From positions 224,001 through 288,000 of the forward strand of contig CAVRAO010000012.1 of assembly GCA_963719035.1 (NCBI GenBank): a DNA stretch of 64,000 nucleotides, given 5' to 3'. The position numbers and the translations under genes were made by a program. This DNA is from Methanobacteriota archaeon. GTDB lineage: Archaea; Halobacteriota; Bog-38; Methanoflorentales; Methanoflorentaceae. The notes beneath the pieces are model-generated. The model worked only from the letters and a program-made list of their open reading frames with translations. It did not search any database and was not told the DNA's origin. Position 1 is the first letter of the stretch. Each line of letters opens with the position of its first letter. Below, piece after piece: positions 1-11,029 of the stretch.

Positions 1-881
1 CAGGAGCTGTGCTGTTTTTATTCGGGCTGACGGTGTTAGGATTTGGCGTCTCGCCGCTGATCACCGCGCCGTTGGGCAACTACATAATCGGCGCTTAAGG
101 GGTGCTCAGCAGCCTTGTGATTTTGGGAGTCGCATTCTTAATCTCATCGTGCTGCTCGGACCCCCCCTGCGATTTCCTGACACTGACTGGCGGCCGAAGG
201 GCTGGACACAGGCGCAAGCGAGCGCGCAGTGTGAAGACATTAACTGGGGCCAAACGGTCCGCACGCGCGGTTGCTGGAGGCTCTGGCTCGGCTTCTTCAT
301 CGGCACCTTGGCCGGCCTGATGGCGATCGGCATTAGCAGCCCCACCGGGCAAGAGGTATTCAAGTAGAGCGTAGCGACCGCTGCCGCCCTAGTGGGTGTC
401 TTTGCTGTGTTAGGTCTTTGCTGTGTTCAACGGTATCGACCGTCCTATTTTTGGCTACCTCGTTGACCGGATACACCCGCAAAACGCAGCGATGGTGAGC
501 TTTATCATTATCGCCGCAGCAGCGTTACTCCTCAGTTTTGGGGCAGCACCTGGCGCTACGGCGGCCTACGTCGTTGGGTTCTGTGCGCTCTGGTTATGCC
601 TCGGGCGGATGGCTCGCAATTGCGCCTGCGTGCGCCGTTGCCTTTTGTGCACCACGTATGACGGGCCAAATTACGGGCTCGTGTTTACCGCGTACGGCGT
701 CGGGGCTGTTAACAGAAACTTACTCGCCGGGCAGTTGCGCGACCTCGTCGGCAATTATGTGGCGGTTTTCTATCCGGTCGCAATGCTTGCCATCGCCGGC
801 ATTGCGATCTCGTTCTTCCTGATCGGTCGCCAAGCCAAACAAGTAGTTAAAGTGGAAGGGCACAATACCTTCCATTTTTAG
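1..881 (+). pseudogene. MFS transporter (oxalate/formate antiporter-like), 5'-truncated by the window edge and frameshifted
   Basis: Hydrophobic TM segments in several frames (WLGFFIGTLAGLMAIGISSP; FNGIDRPIFGYLVDRI; GPNYGLVFTAYGVGA) typical of OFA-family MFS; stops and frameshifts between the pieces. Confidence 0.7.
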
Positions 882-1378
882 TTTTTTATAGTGAACTTCA
901 GTTTCCGCAAAAACAGCAAAAACCGCTATGCTCTCAAAATAAGCAATTTTAAAAACGCTGCCTTCGTGCTTACTGAATTGTTATCTTTCCAATACCGCCA
1001 CTTGAGTTTTTCAGGATCCTGATTTGACTCAGCGTTTCCGCAAAATACATAGCACAGCCGAAGGCATTGAGCAAGCAACGATCGCTAGCTCTCCCTTTAT
1101 GATAATTAGTCGTTTCGGGACAATAACTCCGAATCCGTGATGTTCAAATCTCTATTCTGCCAATGCCAGTCTTTAGAAGATCCCTGGCAATCGGACGTGC
1201 TGGACACCTTGCTTGCGCTATGAGCGCGCTTAGAACGGCAATAGAGTGAATTCGGTTTCAGTCCAAGCTCGAAGTAACCTACACTGTTGTCAGCGGGTAG
1301 GGCATTTAAAAAAACACGTCAAGATTAACGTCTTATAATCCTGACCGTTGAAACCCTATATATAGTGACCTAGCGTCG

Positions 1379-2395
1379 CTAACGCCTCTCTCGCTCGTAG
1401 GGCTCCTCCTCTTCGTATTCATAGTCGTAGTCTTCTCTCCTACCCCGTCGCATGAGGAGGGCGGCTGCAACGATGGCAAGCAGAATAATGCCGGCAACCG
1501 CGAGGACGATGAGCAGCGCGTCGGATCCAAGTCCGATAGCAGCTTGGGCCTGTGAGGCGATGTCGTCGAGTCCCGCTGCAGATGCGTTTGTGGTGTTGGG
1601 TAACGTAGCATCCCCGTTTGATCCTGTGCCCGCATTGCTGTTTGACCCTCCGCCACCGTTCGTTCCGCCACCGTTCGTTCCGCCGCCGTTTCCTCCGTCT
1701 GCTGCGGTGATGGTGACTGCCCGTTCGTCATTCGTCGAAACGCCACCTGAGCATGAACGCGATACGCGCCCGGCTCCTAAACGCGTACGAAGCGGACGCT
1801 CGTCCGTTCGCGTCAGTTGGGACCGTCTGATGGTTAAGCGCTGCCAAGTTCTCTACTGCGTAAAACGTGAAACGTGACTGCATAACCACCTAATGCCCTT
1901 CCGGATTGCGTTACCGATGCGGTATAGGTAATCCGTTTCGCCTGCCTCACCAGTATCTCGGACCAGTCAAGTTTATGCGTGGCGCTTCAGCAATGATTAC
2001 TGTAATCGAACCGACGATGGTCGCGCCCCTATTATAGTATATCGGCCTGCGCTAGTAAACGTATACGATGTTGTTGAATCTACGTATAATATTCCCCGTC
2101 TTTCAATGCTAGGGCCATCTGACAGTTGTGTTGGAAGAGGTTGAGTCTGGCCATTAGGCAAAATTATTCGAAACTCTGGCGCAGTGATCGGAAGCACACT
2201 TGGTGATTGCGGATCATAAATCCTTACCTTAAACTCCAATATGTCGCCGACATTTCCAGTGGTCGGTGCTGAGGTCCAACTACACGTGTCGGCACTCGCT
2301 TTAGTCATCGTTAGACCAACAATACCAAACACGGTAACGGCCACCACCGCAACCGTTGCGAGCACAGAAAATGCGCGTTGTGCGTGAGTATTCAT
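1379..2395 (-). CDS. Secreted surface protein: signal peptide, beta-rich (Ig/PKD-like) region, Gly-rich linker, C-terminal TM anchor; frameshifted
   Basis: ORF 1997-2395 has a signal peptide. Another frame reads GGNGGGTNGGG...DDIASQAQAAIGLGSDALLIVLAVAGIILLAIVAAALLMRRGRREDYDYEYEEEEPYERERR* and ends at 1379. RBS GGAGGTG upstream. Confidence 0.7.
1650..1690. repeat. 15-bp tandem repeat (CCGCCACCGTTCGTT, about 2.7 copies) encoding a GGTNG linker
   Basis: Directly visible in the sequence. Confidence 0.85.
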
Positions 2396-2595
2396 AAATG
2401 TACACCTCCGTAGCTGCCGCTACCGGATTTTAACTGAATAAGAATGCACGCGCTTAGGATAAAACTTTCTTTATATAATTTTGTAGCTCGAAACGATGTG
2501 ATCTAATTCTGCATCTCATTCTGCACTTGAGTATGTTGTCAGAAGCTGCTAAAGGTTAGCGTAAGTCGCGCCGAACTTAGAGATAATATCTTTAC

Positions 2596-3778
2596 CTAGA
2601 AAATCCACGCACCACTAATCCAGAGGAACATGTTCTGTATCGCAACGACTACGGCGATGACACTGATCGTAGCCGTCTTTGTCCAGTCCTCTGACAACAT
2701 AAATCCAAAAAAGAGGTAGAGCGGAAAGATCGCCGCCACGTAGCGCATAAAAGACATCGGGGTGGACAGCGACAAGAATATAACAAGCAAGCCGAGCGAG
2801 TAAACCGAAAGCGCCGGACTCCTTTTAAGGAGGAAAAGTGCTGCGGCCACAACGAGCAACGTTTCTACGAGGAGAATCGGCATTGCAGAGTAGTTTAACA
2901 CGATCTCAGACAGCCCCTCAAAGCCATAGATCCGCACGTTGTCGAACAGGTTGCTGAGCGTCACTGTGTTATCCCACAGCGCGGCTTCAATGTGTAAGGG
3001 GGCAAGTGGGTCGCCGAACGTATAAAAGTAAAAAAGACACAGCAGTCCCACGCCTACGCAGGTCGCCGCGATAACGCCTAGTTGCTTGATGGCGCGCGAT
3101 GGATCGCGCCGCGACACGTAGTCGCAGAGCGCCTCAATGAGAAAGATTACAAGAATAACCACGCTGACTATGCGCGTAAAGATGGAAAGTATCGCTAAAA
3201 GCGCTGAGAGTCCAAATTGTGCGCGTTTCCAAAAGTAGGTACGCCCCTATCGTGAAGGCGAGGAAGAGGGATTCAGAATAGGAGAGAAGACTGCAAACGG
3301 TGAGCACGGGAAACACCATGTAAGCGAGGCACACGCGCAGCCGGTACTTCTCATTAACGACGAGTGGGGCTAATTTGTAAAGGAAGTAGAGCCCGAGGAA
3401 CGAAAACGCATTGGCAATAATCACCCCTATCCACGGCATTAACGTACCATTGTTAAGGCTGAAGAGCTTGATCAAAAAGGGGAACAACGGCGGGAAAACC
3501 GCTGATTTGGGATAAATGAACGAATACCCCTGAGACGCGATGCCCGTGTATATACCCCCATCCCAGCCTGCGAGGAACGTCGGGTTTTCGAACAGCCTTT
3601 CGGGCTGATACAGTAGGCTCACGCCGATCGCTCCGAGCAGAACGACGGCCTTTATTGCCCCGTACGTCACGAGCGTATTTAATAACCGGTCTTTCGCATA
3701 GTAACGGACAGGGCGTGTAAAGAGGTCTTGCGCACGGCGCACGAAAGCATTGCAACCAGACGAGAGTTGTTGGCTCAT
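2596..3778 (-). CDS. GT-C membrane glycosyltransferase (PIG-V/mannosyltransferase-like), split by one frameshift near 3230
   Basis: WDGGIYTGIASQGY, AVFPPLFP, YSESLFLAF and C-terminal SFMRYVAAIFPLY motifs; multiple TM helices over two overlapping ORFs. Confidence 0.8.
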
Positions 3779-4008
3779 GGGCTGCGGATCACAAACAAGC
3801 ACACATTATCCAGCGTGCACTACTTACGCTTGCTTTTTCGAGTAATCGATCGGCGAGGCGCTTACTAATTATTAAGTGCTCTTCTACAGAGGCCGCTGCT
3901 AAGACGTAATACGAATCGCAGATACCCCCCTTAATGGTTGTAATCTACAGTTTGCGCCAGTTTGTCACGCCACCCTCGTTGTATAATCGCCTTGTTGCTT
4001 ATAAGCCC

Positions 4009-4714
4009 CTACCGTCTATAGCGTCTATCTCGCTCGTAATCTCGCTCTCGATCGTACTCGTCATCGCGTCTTCGTCGCATAAGGAGCGCTGCTGCGATGA
4101 TTGCGAGCAGAACAACTGCAATAAGCGCGAGCATGATATACAACGCATTAGACCCAAGTCCGGTAGCAGCTTCGGCCTGTGTAGCGACGTCCTCGATTCC
4201 CCCTTCGATATTGAAGGGAGCTGCCGATGACTGTCCATCTCCGTCGCCATTTACCGAGGCGTCTGCCGAGGCGTCTGCCGAGGCGTCTGCCGAGGCGTCT
4301 GCCGAGGCGTCTACGGCGGTTATGGTTATTGTCCTCGTGTTTGAAGTAGCGCCTAATGAATTAGCAACTAGATAATAAGTGCCCGGATGTTGAGGAGTGA
4401 ACGAGAAAGTAGCGTCTCCTTGCGAATTAGCAACCTTGTTAACGGCCCAATTAGGGTCAGGAGCCGGAGGTCCATTCTAAATTGTACGCCCGCACTACCC
4501 ATTGGCAAGCAGGCTGCAGGGGCTCCGGGACAATCCCTCACGCGTGCGGTATACGTCAACGTGTCGCGTACGTTACCCTGTGTAGACCGGAAAGTTGTAC
4601 CGTCATCTCTGCCGAAACGGGAACCGCCGTTAATCCAACAATGCCAAACACGGTAACGGTCAACATCGAGATCGTTACGAGCGCAGATAATGCACGTTTT
4701 GAATTTGCATTCAT
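4009..4714 (-). CDS. Paralogous secreted surface protein with (DASA)n linker and C-terminal TM anchor; frameshifted
   Basis: Signal peptide MNANSKRALSALVTISMLTVTVFGIVGLTAVPVSA resembles that of the 1379-2395 gene; C-terminus EDVATQAEAATGLGSNALYIMLALIAVVLLAIIAAALLMRRRRDDEYDRERDYERDRRYRR*. Confidence 0.7.
4254..4312. repeat. 12-bp tandem repeat CCGAGGCGTCTG x5, encoding ADAS repeats on the minus strand
   Basis: Directly visible in the sequence. Confidence 0.95.
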
Positions 4715-5104
4715 AAATGTCCACCTTCGTTTTTTAAAACTCCCAAATTTTGAATTGATTAAGAATGCGCGCGCTCGGCATAAAGCTTGCGTCATATGAA
4801 TCAGCCACAGGAAAAAGACAACCGCGAACGCGGGGCAAAAGGCTGCAATAATCCACCATAGACGCAAGCGAGGTTCAATCAGCACGTTCGCCTATGCGTC
4901 TAGCAAGTCCTGATCGCTACCCCCTGCGCACACTGTCGCCGTATCGAATTTTGAAGTTTCGGCACTTGCTAGGGCTCAGACGAATCAAATGCTAACAAAA
5001 GAATTAAGCAGATAATCGAGTGCTTAACAACCCTTTATCTGCGACAAAAATGGATTCCGTTTGCAAGCTCTACCAGCGCGGCGAGGGGAGAACAATAATC
5101 ACCC

Positions 5105-5272
5105 TTATTTTTCGACGACGTCCTTTGTCTTTTCGCCTGTTTTTTTAACCTCTTCGCCTGCTTGTCCTGCGACGTCCTTTGTCTTTTCGCCTGCTTCTCC
5201 GGCAACGTCTTTCGTTTTATCAATCGCTCCTTCGGCTTTCTTTTTTAGGTCATCTAGTCCTACTATAGTCAA
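5105..5272 (-). CDS. Small LEA/CsbD-like hydrophilic stress protein (55 aa, not in the ORF track)
   Basis: TTG start behind GAGAGGT; translation ...GLDDLKKKAEGAIDKTKDVAGEAGEKTKDVAGQAGEEVKKTGEKTKDVVEK* with 11-mer repeats. Confidence 0.7.
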   Translation of the reverse strand: MTIVGLDDLKKKAEGAIDKTKDVAGEAGEKTKDVAGQAGEEVKKTGEKTKDVVEK

Positions 5273-5594
5273 TACCTCTCTTACAATCGCTAAAGCATGC
5301 TTGTTTGTTGCTACAACGTGAGCGCTTACATTCCGTAGTGAACATATGGGCTGCTGGCAGTAATAAAGGTGCGGTGAGCGTTAAGTAATTTTCCCTCGTT
5401 TGGTCATTATCATGCACATCGGAAGGCAAAACTGGTGTGCTGTCTTGTGTCCTAACAGAGATCGATTAAAGTAATCCTGCGATAAGAAAAAAACTTCGAG
5501 CCAACATTTGAAGGGATAGTTGAAAACGAGAAGAACAATGGTGTTAAGAACGATTACGTGAAAGCCCTAAGAGGCATAAATAAGCAATAATTCT

Positions 5595-5903
5595 CTAATA
5601 CCCAGGCTCGTAGGATCTTCCTTCGCCCAAGAGAGTTCGTTTCCTTTCATCGGTAAATCACCACCAGGAGCGAGGCTCTCCATTTTCCATAAAATGAACA
5701 ATCGACATAAATACATCAATAACACAGGGATCAATCCTTCTTCCTGTGGTTCTGCAAAGCGCGTCATATAGCTCGTAAGGATTTTTTCCAATAAGCTTTT
5801 TCGGATCGTCAATGCCGATCATTCGGAGATCGTCAGCCGTGGCCTTGCCGACATTTGGAAGCTCTTCAAGTTGTGTAATTGTTTTTCTGTCCGGGTTTTT
5901 CAT
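5595..5903 (-). CDS. Helix-hairpin-helix protein (Cdd1/mitomycin-resistance-like) with an internal TGA at 5658-5660
   Basis: LEELPNVGKATADDL HhH motif, DPCVIDVF motif, WW*FTDERK tail continuing in frame. Confidence 0.7.
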
Positions 5904-6134
5904 TTGATAGCCTTCCTTGTAGAGGATATTATCTTACGATAGATTAAAAGCCAGCGTAATGCTCGATTTAAGTATGTACGACAACGACGATGTGCAGGGG
6001 TATCTGCCGACCGCAATTCCAGGAAGACGCCCACAAACTCGTGTCAACGAGTACATCAATGCGTACAAATAATGCCGCGGGAACGATCGTTTCTTAAACC
6101 AAGCAAAGCATTATAAGCCATCGCCCTCCGTTTT

Positions 6135-6733
6135 ATGTTTATGAAGCGCACAACGCAAGCGCTTTACGTGATTGTTGCGATTACACTCTTAGTTTCCGCT
6201 TGCGGCTGCTTAACGCAACACGACGTGAACGACACAGCACACGCCACGCAAGCGCCCACGAGCGGGGAATTAACTCCTAACCCGGTCCTCACAACGGGAA
6301 GCTCGTTTGCGTGCATTAACGCGACGCCTAACCGGACAAGTGTTGGCGTCGTTACCAAAGTCGTCGACGGGGATACTATTCACGTGCGCATCGATAATAC
6401 AGATTACACGGTGCGCTATATTGGGATCGACGCGCCGGAAGACACGGCAAAGGGCGAGTGGATGAGCGCTGAAGCGACCACCAGGAACAAAGAACTTGTC
6501 TTAGGTAAAAACGTCACGCTCGTAAAAGACGTCAGGGAAACTGATCGATATAGTCGCCTGCTTCGTTTCGTATTTGTGGGAGATACCCTGGTTAATTATG
6601 AGCTCGTGCGTGAGGGATACGCGCAGGCAAAGCCATATACCCCGACATCTCGTGTAAAGGGACGTTCTATGAAGCCCAACTGTTAGCGCAACAAGAACAC
6701 CGCGTTTTGTGGATCATGCGAGCTGCGTCTTAG
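6135..6733 (+). CDS. Thermonuclease (SNase) family lipoprotein, frameshifted near the C-terminus
   Basis: VVDGDT, VRYIGIDAPE and TDRYSRLLR motifs; lipobox-like SACGC; paralog at 38326-38925. Confidence 0.85.
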
Positions 6734-6775
6734 CGAATCATATTCGTGTGGTCCCGGAAACCAACATTGCTGTTC

Positions 6776-7439
6776 CTATCCTTTTTTCGAGCCGAATAAC
6801 CTGGCCCAGAAGCCAACCTTGGGAGCGGGCAGTCTTAACGTCACGAGCTCAAGCTGCTTCTGGAGTTGTTCTTTATCATTTCTGAGCTCCAAACTGTGGC
6901 TCCGCTCAGCTTGTAAGGTGCTGTCAAGGCTTGTAACCTTCTGCTTCAAAAGCTCGATCTCGTGCTGCAGGCCCGTAATGACGGTATTCTTTGAGGCTTC
7001 TGACGCCTTCAGCTCACTATCAAGCTTATTTGTTATGCTTTCGAGTCGTTCGACGTCTTCTTCCAGCTGTCGCGTCTCTTCGGCCCTTTTTTCGCACTCC
7101 GCGTGAAGCTGCTGCACTTCTGCCTCGTGTTCGTCGACGATCCGCTGGACCCGCTTCTCGTGCTCATCCCGGGCGCGTTGCATGACGTCGGCGCTGCCCT
7201 GACGGAGCTTCTTATGCTCCGCCTCGTGCATTTCTGCGAGCTTTTCTAACTCATACAGCGTGTTTAGTCTTTAGTTCCTCGATAATTACGTCGCAATCCA
7301 CTTCAGACCCCCCAGCGTCCGCATAATGCTGTTCAATATATCTCGCGATAAGCGTTGAGCGTGGAACCCCCTGGTCAGCCACGTCAGCATCAAGATTTTC
7401 AGCAACGGGGTCAGGTAGCGTAATGGTGAATTTCGCCAT
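6776..7439 (-). CDS. Ribbon-helix-helix DNA-binding protein with long coiled coil and C-terminal amphipathic helix; 1-nt frameshift near 7252
   Basis: MAKFTITLPDPVAENLDADVADQGVPRSTLIARYIE (RHH pattern), then heptad-rich EQK sequence, ending GFWARLFGSKKG. Confidence 0.7.
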
Positions 7440-7471
7440 ATATGCCCTCACCGTATCTTCGCTATTTTGCC

Positions 7472-7629
7472 GCTGTATCACGAGCTACGATAATACAGCG
7501 CTTGTCGCCTTACAATACAGCCACATAAAAAAGATGATACAGCCCTTACTAAAAGCCATCGCAATGTCGCTGTATCGCGACTGTATCATCAAGCTGATAG
7601 ATACAGCCTTAACACACTGATGATACAGC
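7472..7629. promoter_or_regulatory. Array of eight ATACAG(C) boxes in both orientations, direct copies at 22-bp spacing; putative operator/iteron
   Basis: ATACAGC at 7493, 7515, 7537, 7601 and 7623; inverted copies at 7472, 7569 and 7581; lies immediately upstream of the RHH gene. Confidence 0.7.
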
Positions 7630-7794
7630 GCCAAACCGCTAATCTTCAGCTATCCGAATAAAGAAAAGATGTTGATGAGAAGGCACGCAATCGTAAAAAG
7701 CATACTGAGCTGGATACATAGAGCTCTATTTCAAAGCTGGCCATTGGATCATCCATAAAATGATTAGTCGGTCGCACGGCCCTGTGACTTAAAT

Positions 7795-8361
7795 TTATCT
7801 TGTCAATGTGATAATCGTATCGCTAAACGATGGATACAAGCGTATGAGCTCGCTCCTGTCTCCGAGCTCAAAATCTGCAAATTCGAAGCCCGGAGATACC
7901 GTTGTGCCGAGCAGCGCATATGTGCCCCCCTCCGCAAGCCGTGCTCCGTGCCAGGTCCCACGCGACACGACGGTCTGCACCTGCGCGCCGCCCGCAATAT
8001 CGTTGCCAAGCGTCACCACGCATCCAGAACCGTCAGGCAGCAATTGAACGAGTTCGACGGGATCCCCGAGATAAAAGTGATATACCTCGTCCGTTTTGAT
8101 TCGGTGAAGGGCAGAAAACGTTTCTCGCGTAAACAAGTAATAGATTGCCGTTCCATAGTTTCTATTCCCAGTATAGCGTTCGGGCAACGCCTCCTTACCG
8201 ATGATCTCATCCGATCTGTACATCTCTCTGTAGTAGCCTCCCTCAGGATGGGGCTTTAGGCCGAGCAGCTTTACGAGTTTTTCTGCGGTGATCATAACTT
8301 GGAAAAACATTGGATCGGCATGACTTAGCCTTATGCTTGTAATGTTTCCAATCGATTCCAC
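7795..8361 (-). CDS. Cupin domain protein (DUF985/YML079W-like)
   Basis: LKPHPEGGYYRE, TAIYYL, HRIKTDEVYHFYLGDP, VSPGFEFADF. Confidence 0.9.
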   Translation of the reverse strand: MESIGNITSIRLSHADPMFFQVMITAEKLVKLLGLKPHPEGGYYREMYRSDEIIGKEALPERYTGNRNYGTAIYYLFTRETFSALHRIKTDEVYHFYLGDPVELVQLLPDGSGCVVTLGNDIAGGAQVQTVVSRGTWHGARLAEGGTYALLGTTVSPGFEFADFELGDRSELIRLYPSFSDTIITLTR

Positions 8362-8483
8362 TCACGCTGTGCGTCGTTATGTATACTTTGTTTGGCTGAT
8401 CCAATTGAATAAGATTGGATATTGCTCAGTTTTCATTGATGACATGAACACTGAGCGACATCATTATTACCTTCTCGACGTGA

Positions 8484-8927
8484 TTGCCGGATATGACAAA
8501 GGCAGAAGAGGCAGTTACGCTTTTTCAGCAAGGTTTCAACTGTGCACAGGCCGTGCTCTCGGTCTTTGCACCGGATTTCGGGATCGACCGGGATATAGCG
8601 CTTCGAATCTCACACGGATTCGGCGCTGGGATTACCCGTACAGACGATACATGCGGGGTTCTCTCTGCGGCGATAATGGCGATCGGCCTACGATACGGCG
8701 GCGTAAGGGCTGATGACATCGCAGCGAAAGAAAAAACCTACGCGGTGGTCGCTGAGTTTCTAAACGAATTTAAAGCACTTTATGGTTCGTTAGCCTGCAC
8801 AGACCTCCTTGGTTACAACCTGTCAGACCCGCAACAGTTCGCTGAGGCGAAGACGCATAAAGTCGTGTTGGAGCGTTGCCCGGCTTTTGTCCGCGGTGCC
8901 GTTGAACTCGTTGAAACACTGATCTAG
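8484..8927 (+). CDS. C-GCAxxG-C-C family putative redox protein
   Basis: GFNCAQAVL, GFGAGI, TCGVLSA, GSLACTDLLG, RCPAFV. Confidence 0.9.
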   Translation: MPDMTKAEEAVTLFQQGFNCAQAVLSVFAPDFGIDRDIALRISHGFGAGITRTDDTCGVLSAAIMAIGLRYGGVRADDIAAKEKTYAVVAEFLNEFKALYGSLACTDLLGYNLSDPQQFAEAKTHKVVLERCPAFVRGAVELVETLI

Positions 8928-9119
8928 ATAAACTACATGACCCATATTAGGTAGGAAGGGCAGCGGTGACCACAGTGAGATTTATTCCTTGGACCTAAAG
9001 TCGATTACTGAGCAACGGGCAAAAGCGTAGCACTATGAGTGATGATTGAGAATGTTTTTTTTACGTCCGTAATCCGTTTCCCTAGATAACAGATTCTTTA
9101 TTGAAAGAAGCACGCTGTC

Positions 9120-9986
9120 ATGTTTGTTAGCATGACTACGATGCACCAGCTACAGCCAATGCACAACAATCCATCAGTATCGATCATTATCCCCACCTAC
9201 AATGAGCGGAACTACATACACGAGATCCTCGAGCGAATTCAGCGATCTGTGGAACCATTGAGAGTTCCTTATGAGATCATTATTGTCGATGACGACAGTC
9301 TCGACGAAACTTGGAACGTTGCTTCACATTATTTAGATGGCCACCCCGTACGAGTTATACAAAGAAAAGGGAAAAAGGGACGTGCAGCAGCGATTTTTGA
9401 GGGGATTAAAGCCTCAAATTACATTATTGTCGTTGTCATGGGTGCTGACTTACAACATCCTCCTGAAATTTTACCTAAACTGATCGAAAACGTAAGCGGC
9501 GGGGCGGACATAGTGATAGGCAGTCGCTTTGTCGAGCCAGGCGCTGTGCAACAGCGCGGTTTGTTTGGACGAACCGTTTCTAGAGGTGCTGATTTACTTG
9601 CTAGAACTGCATTCAGGAAGATTCGAAGTATTAATGATGTTGACTCCAGTTTCTTCGCCTTTCGAAAGGACGTTATTGCACACGCGAATCTCAATCCCGT
9701 AGGAAACAAGATTCTGTTAGAGATCCTCGTCCTAGGCAACTATAAGTCGGTATCAGAGATCGCATACAGCGTTGATATGCGAACAGCAGGAGCTCGTTCA
9801 AGCACTTCGAGATTCGCGCCGCGAGCGAAACAGACGAGGCTCGCATCACGCGTCTTTTGCAGCTGGTTTGGAAAGCGAGCAGATAATTTCATCCTTCAAA
9901 AATACGTGGAAACGGCTCCTCCGGGACCGGAAAAACGGTGTTGGTTCTTTAAACGAACGCACTTAAAAAGACAAAAACGGGGCTAA
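9120..9986 (+). CDS. Polyprenol-phosphate mannose synthase-like GT2; 3' end replaced by a duplicated segment
   Basis: SIIIPTYNE, IIVDDDS, GADLQHPPE, IVIGSRF; sequence after ~9800 matches 34813-35103 inverted. Confidence 0.75.
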   Translation: MFVSMTTMHQLQPMHNNPSVSIIIPTYNERNYIHEILERIQRSVEPLRVPYEIIIVDDDSLDETWNVASHYLDGHPVRVIQRKGKKGRAAAIFEGIKASNYIIVVVMGADLQHPPEILPKLIENVSGGADIVIGSRFVEPGAVQQRGLFGRTVSRGADLLARTAFRKIRSINDVDSSFFAFRKDVIAHANLNPVGNKILLEILVLGNYKSVSEIAYSVDMRTAGARSSTSRFAPRAKQTRLASRVFCSWFGKRADNFILQKYVETAPPGPEKRCWFFKRTHLKRQKRG

Positions 9987-10091
9987 ACAGAGGGCAGCTC
10001 GTTTTTTGAGTGCCCTGGTTTCCGCTTAAAATGGAACTCGCTTAATGTCAGCCTCGCGCACGTTGTCTTCCCACGTCCAAAACCACGCCTC
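9800..10091. repeat. Diverged inverted duplicate of 34813-35103 (3' ends of the DUF1801 and pyridoxamine-phosphate-oxidase-like genes)
   Basis: AAGCACTTCGAGATTCGC...GACGAGGCTCGCATCACGCGTCTTTTGCAG and CGCTTAATGTCAGCCTCG..CACGTTGTCTTCCCACGTCCAAAACCACGCCTC match the reverse complement of that region. Confidence 0.85.
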
Positions 10092-10204
10092 GCACTACAT
10101 AGCACTCAGAAATGGTGGTCGGAAGTTGTAAGCTTTCAACGATGACCGCTTCGTACAAGGTCTAGCGCGCATCATCTCGCTCGCTAACGCGTGACGTGGC
10201 GTGC

Positions 10205-11029
10205 TTATCTCACATCTGCGCTTAAGCGCGTCCCGTTCTTTAGCATGTGAGCGCGCGTGTACAACGTCTTTAACATCTTACTCCCATCATCTAGATTCTG
10301 CTCTACTATCTGCGCGAATGCGCTCCCGATTATCGCCGCGTTCGCCCCGTTGTCGATCACCTGACGGACGTGGGACGGCAACGAAAGCCCGAATCCTACG
10401 GCTAACGGCACTCTTCCTCTTGTGATAGAGGCGGTTCGTTTTATAAACGCGATGCTTTCTTCTTGCACTATGTCGCGCGCGCCTGTAACGCCATTCGCCG
10501 AAACGAGGTACAAGAAACCTGACGAGGCGTTCAACAGCTTTTCGAGTCGCGCCTCCGAAGTCGACTGCGCTGCGAGAAAGATAGTATCAAGACCGTAATA
10601 CATAGCTACCTCTTTATACAGCGTCGCCTCTTCGATAGGAAGATCCGGAGCGATGATACCGTTTACGCCACTTTGTTCAGCTGCGCTGCAGAACGCTTTT
10701 ACGCCCATCTGGTGCACAATGTTATAATACGTCATTACAATTACCGGGACATCGTGCGCCCTCTTTATCGCGCCGGCTATGTCAAAGACTTTTTTAGGGT
10801 TTGTTCCTGCTAGCAACGCCCGCACCGATGCGCGCTGCAACGTTGGACCGTCTGCTATTGGATCGGAGAATGGGATTCCGAGTTCTATGATGTCGGCCCC
10901 GCCGGCAATTAACGCATCGGCAATTTTAACGGTGTGCTTCGGGGTAGGATCACCGGCCATCATGTAAGCGATGAGGCCGCCTTCATTCCTTTGTTTCAAT
11001 TCGCGAAACGTTGCTGCGATGGCGCTCAT
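10205..11029 (-). CDS. trpA: Tryptophan synthase alpha chain
   Basis: [21 protein letters not shown]; GVTGAR; VGFGLS. Confidence 0.97.
   Translation of the reverse strand: MSAIAATFRELKQRNEGGLIAYMMAGDPTPKHTVKIADALIAGGADIIELGIPFSDPIADGPTLQRASVRALLAGTNPKKVFDIAGAIKRAHDVPVIVMTYYNIVHQMGVKAFCSAAEQSGVNGIIAPDLPIEEATLYKEVAMYYGLDTIFLAAQSTSEARLEKLLNASSGFLYLVSANGVTGARDIVQEESIAFIKRTASITRGRVPLAVGFGLSLPSHVRQVIDNGANAAIIGSAFAQIVEQNLDDGSKMLKTLYTRAHMLKNGTRLSADVR

Noticed and set aside
895-1050. Repeated GTTTCCGCAAAA as IS ends
   Set aside because: Only two short direct copies, with no transposase and no target-site duplication
5658-5660. Selenocysteine readthrough of the TGA in the HhH gene
   Set aside because: The position is not a Cys site (WWxFT); a point mutation or base-call error is simpler
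7472-7629. Repeat array as a CRISPR or mini-CRISPR
   Set aside because: The repeat core is only 7 bp, in mixed orientation with ~15-bp gaps, and there are no cas genes
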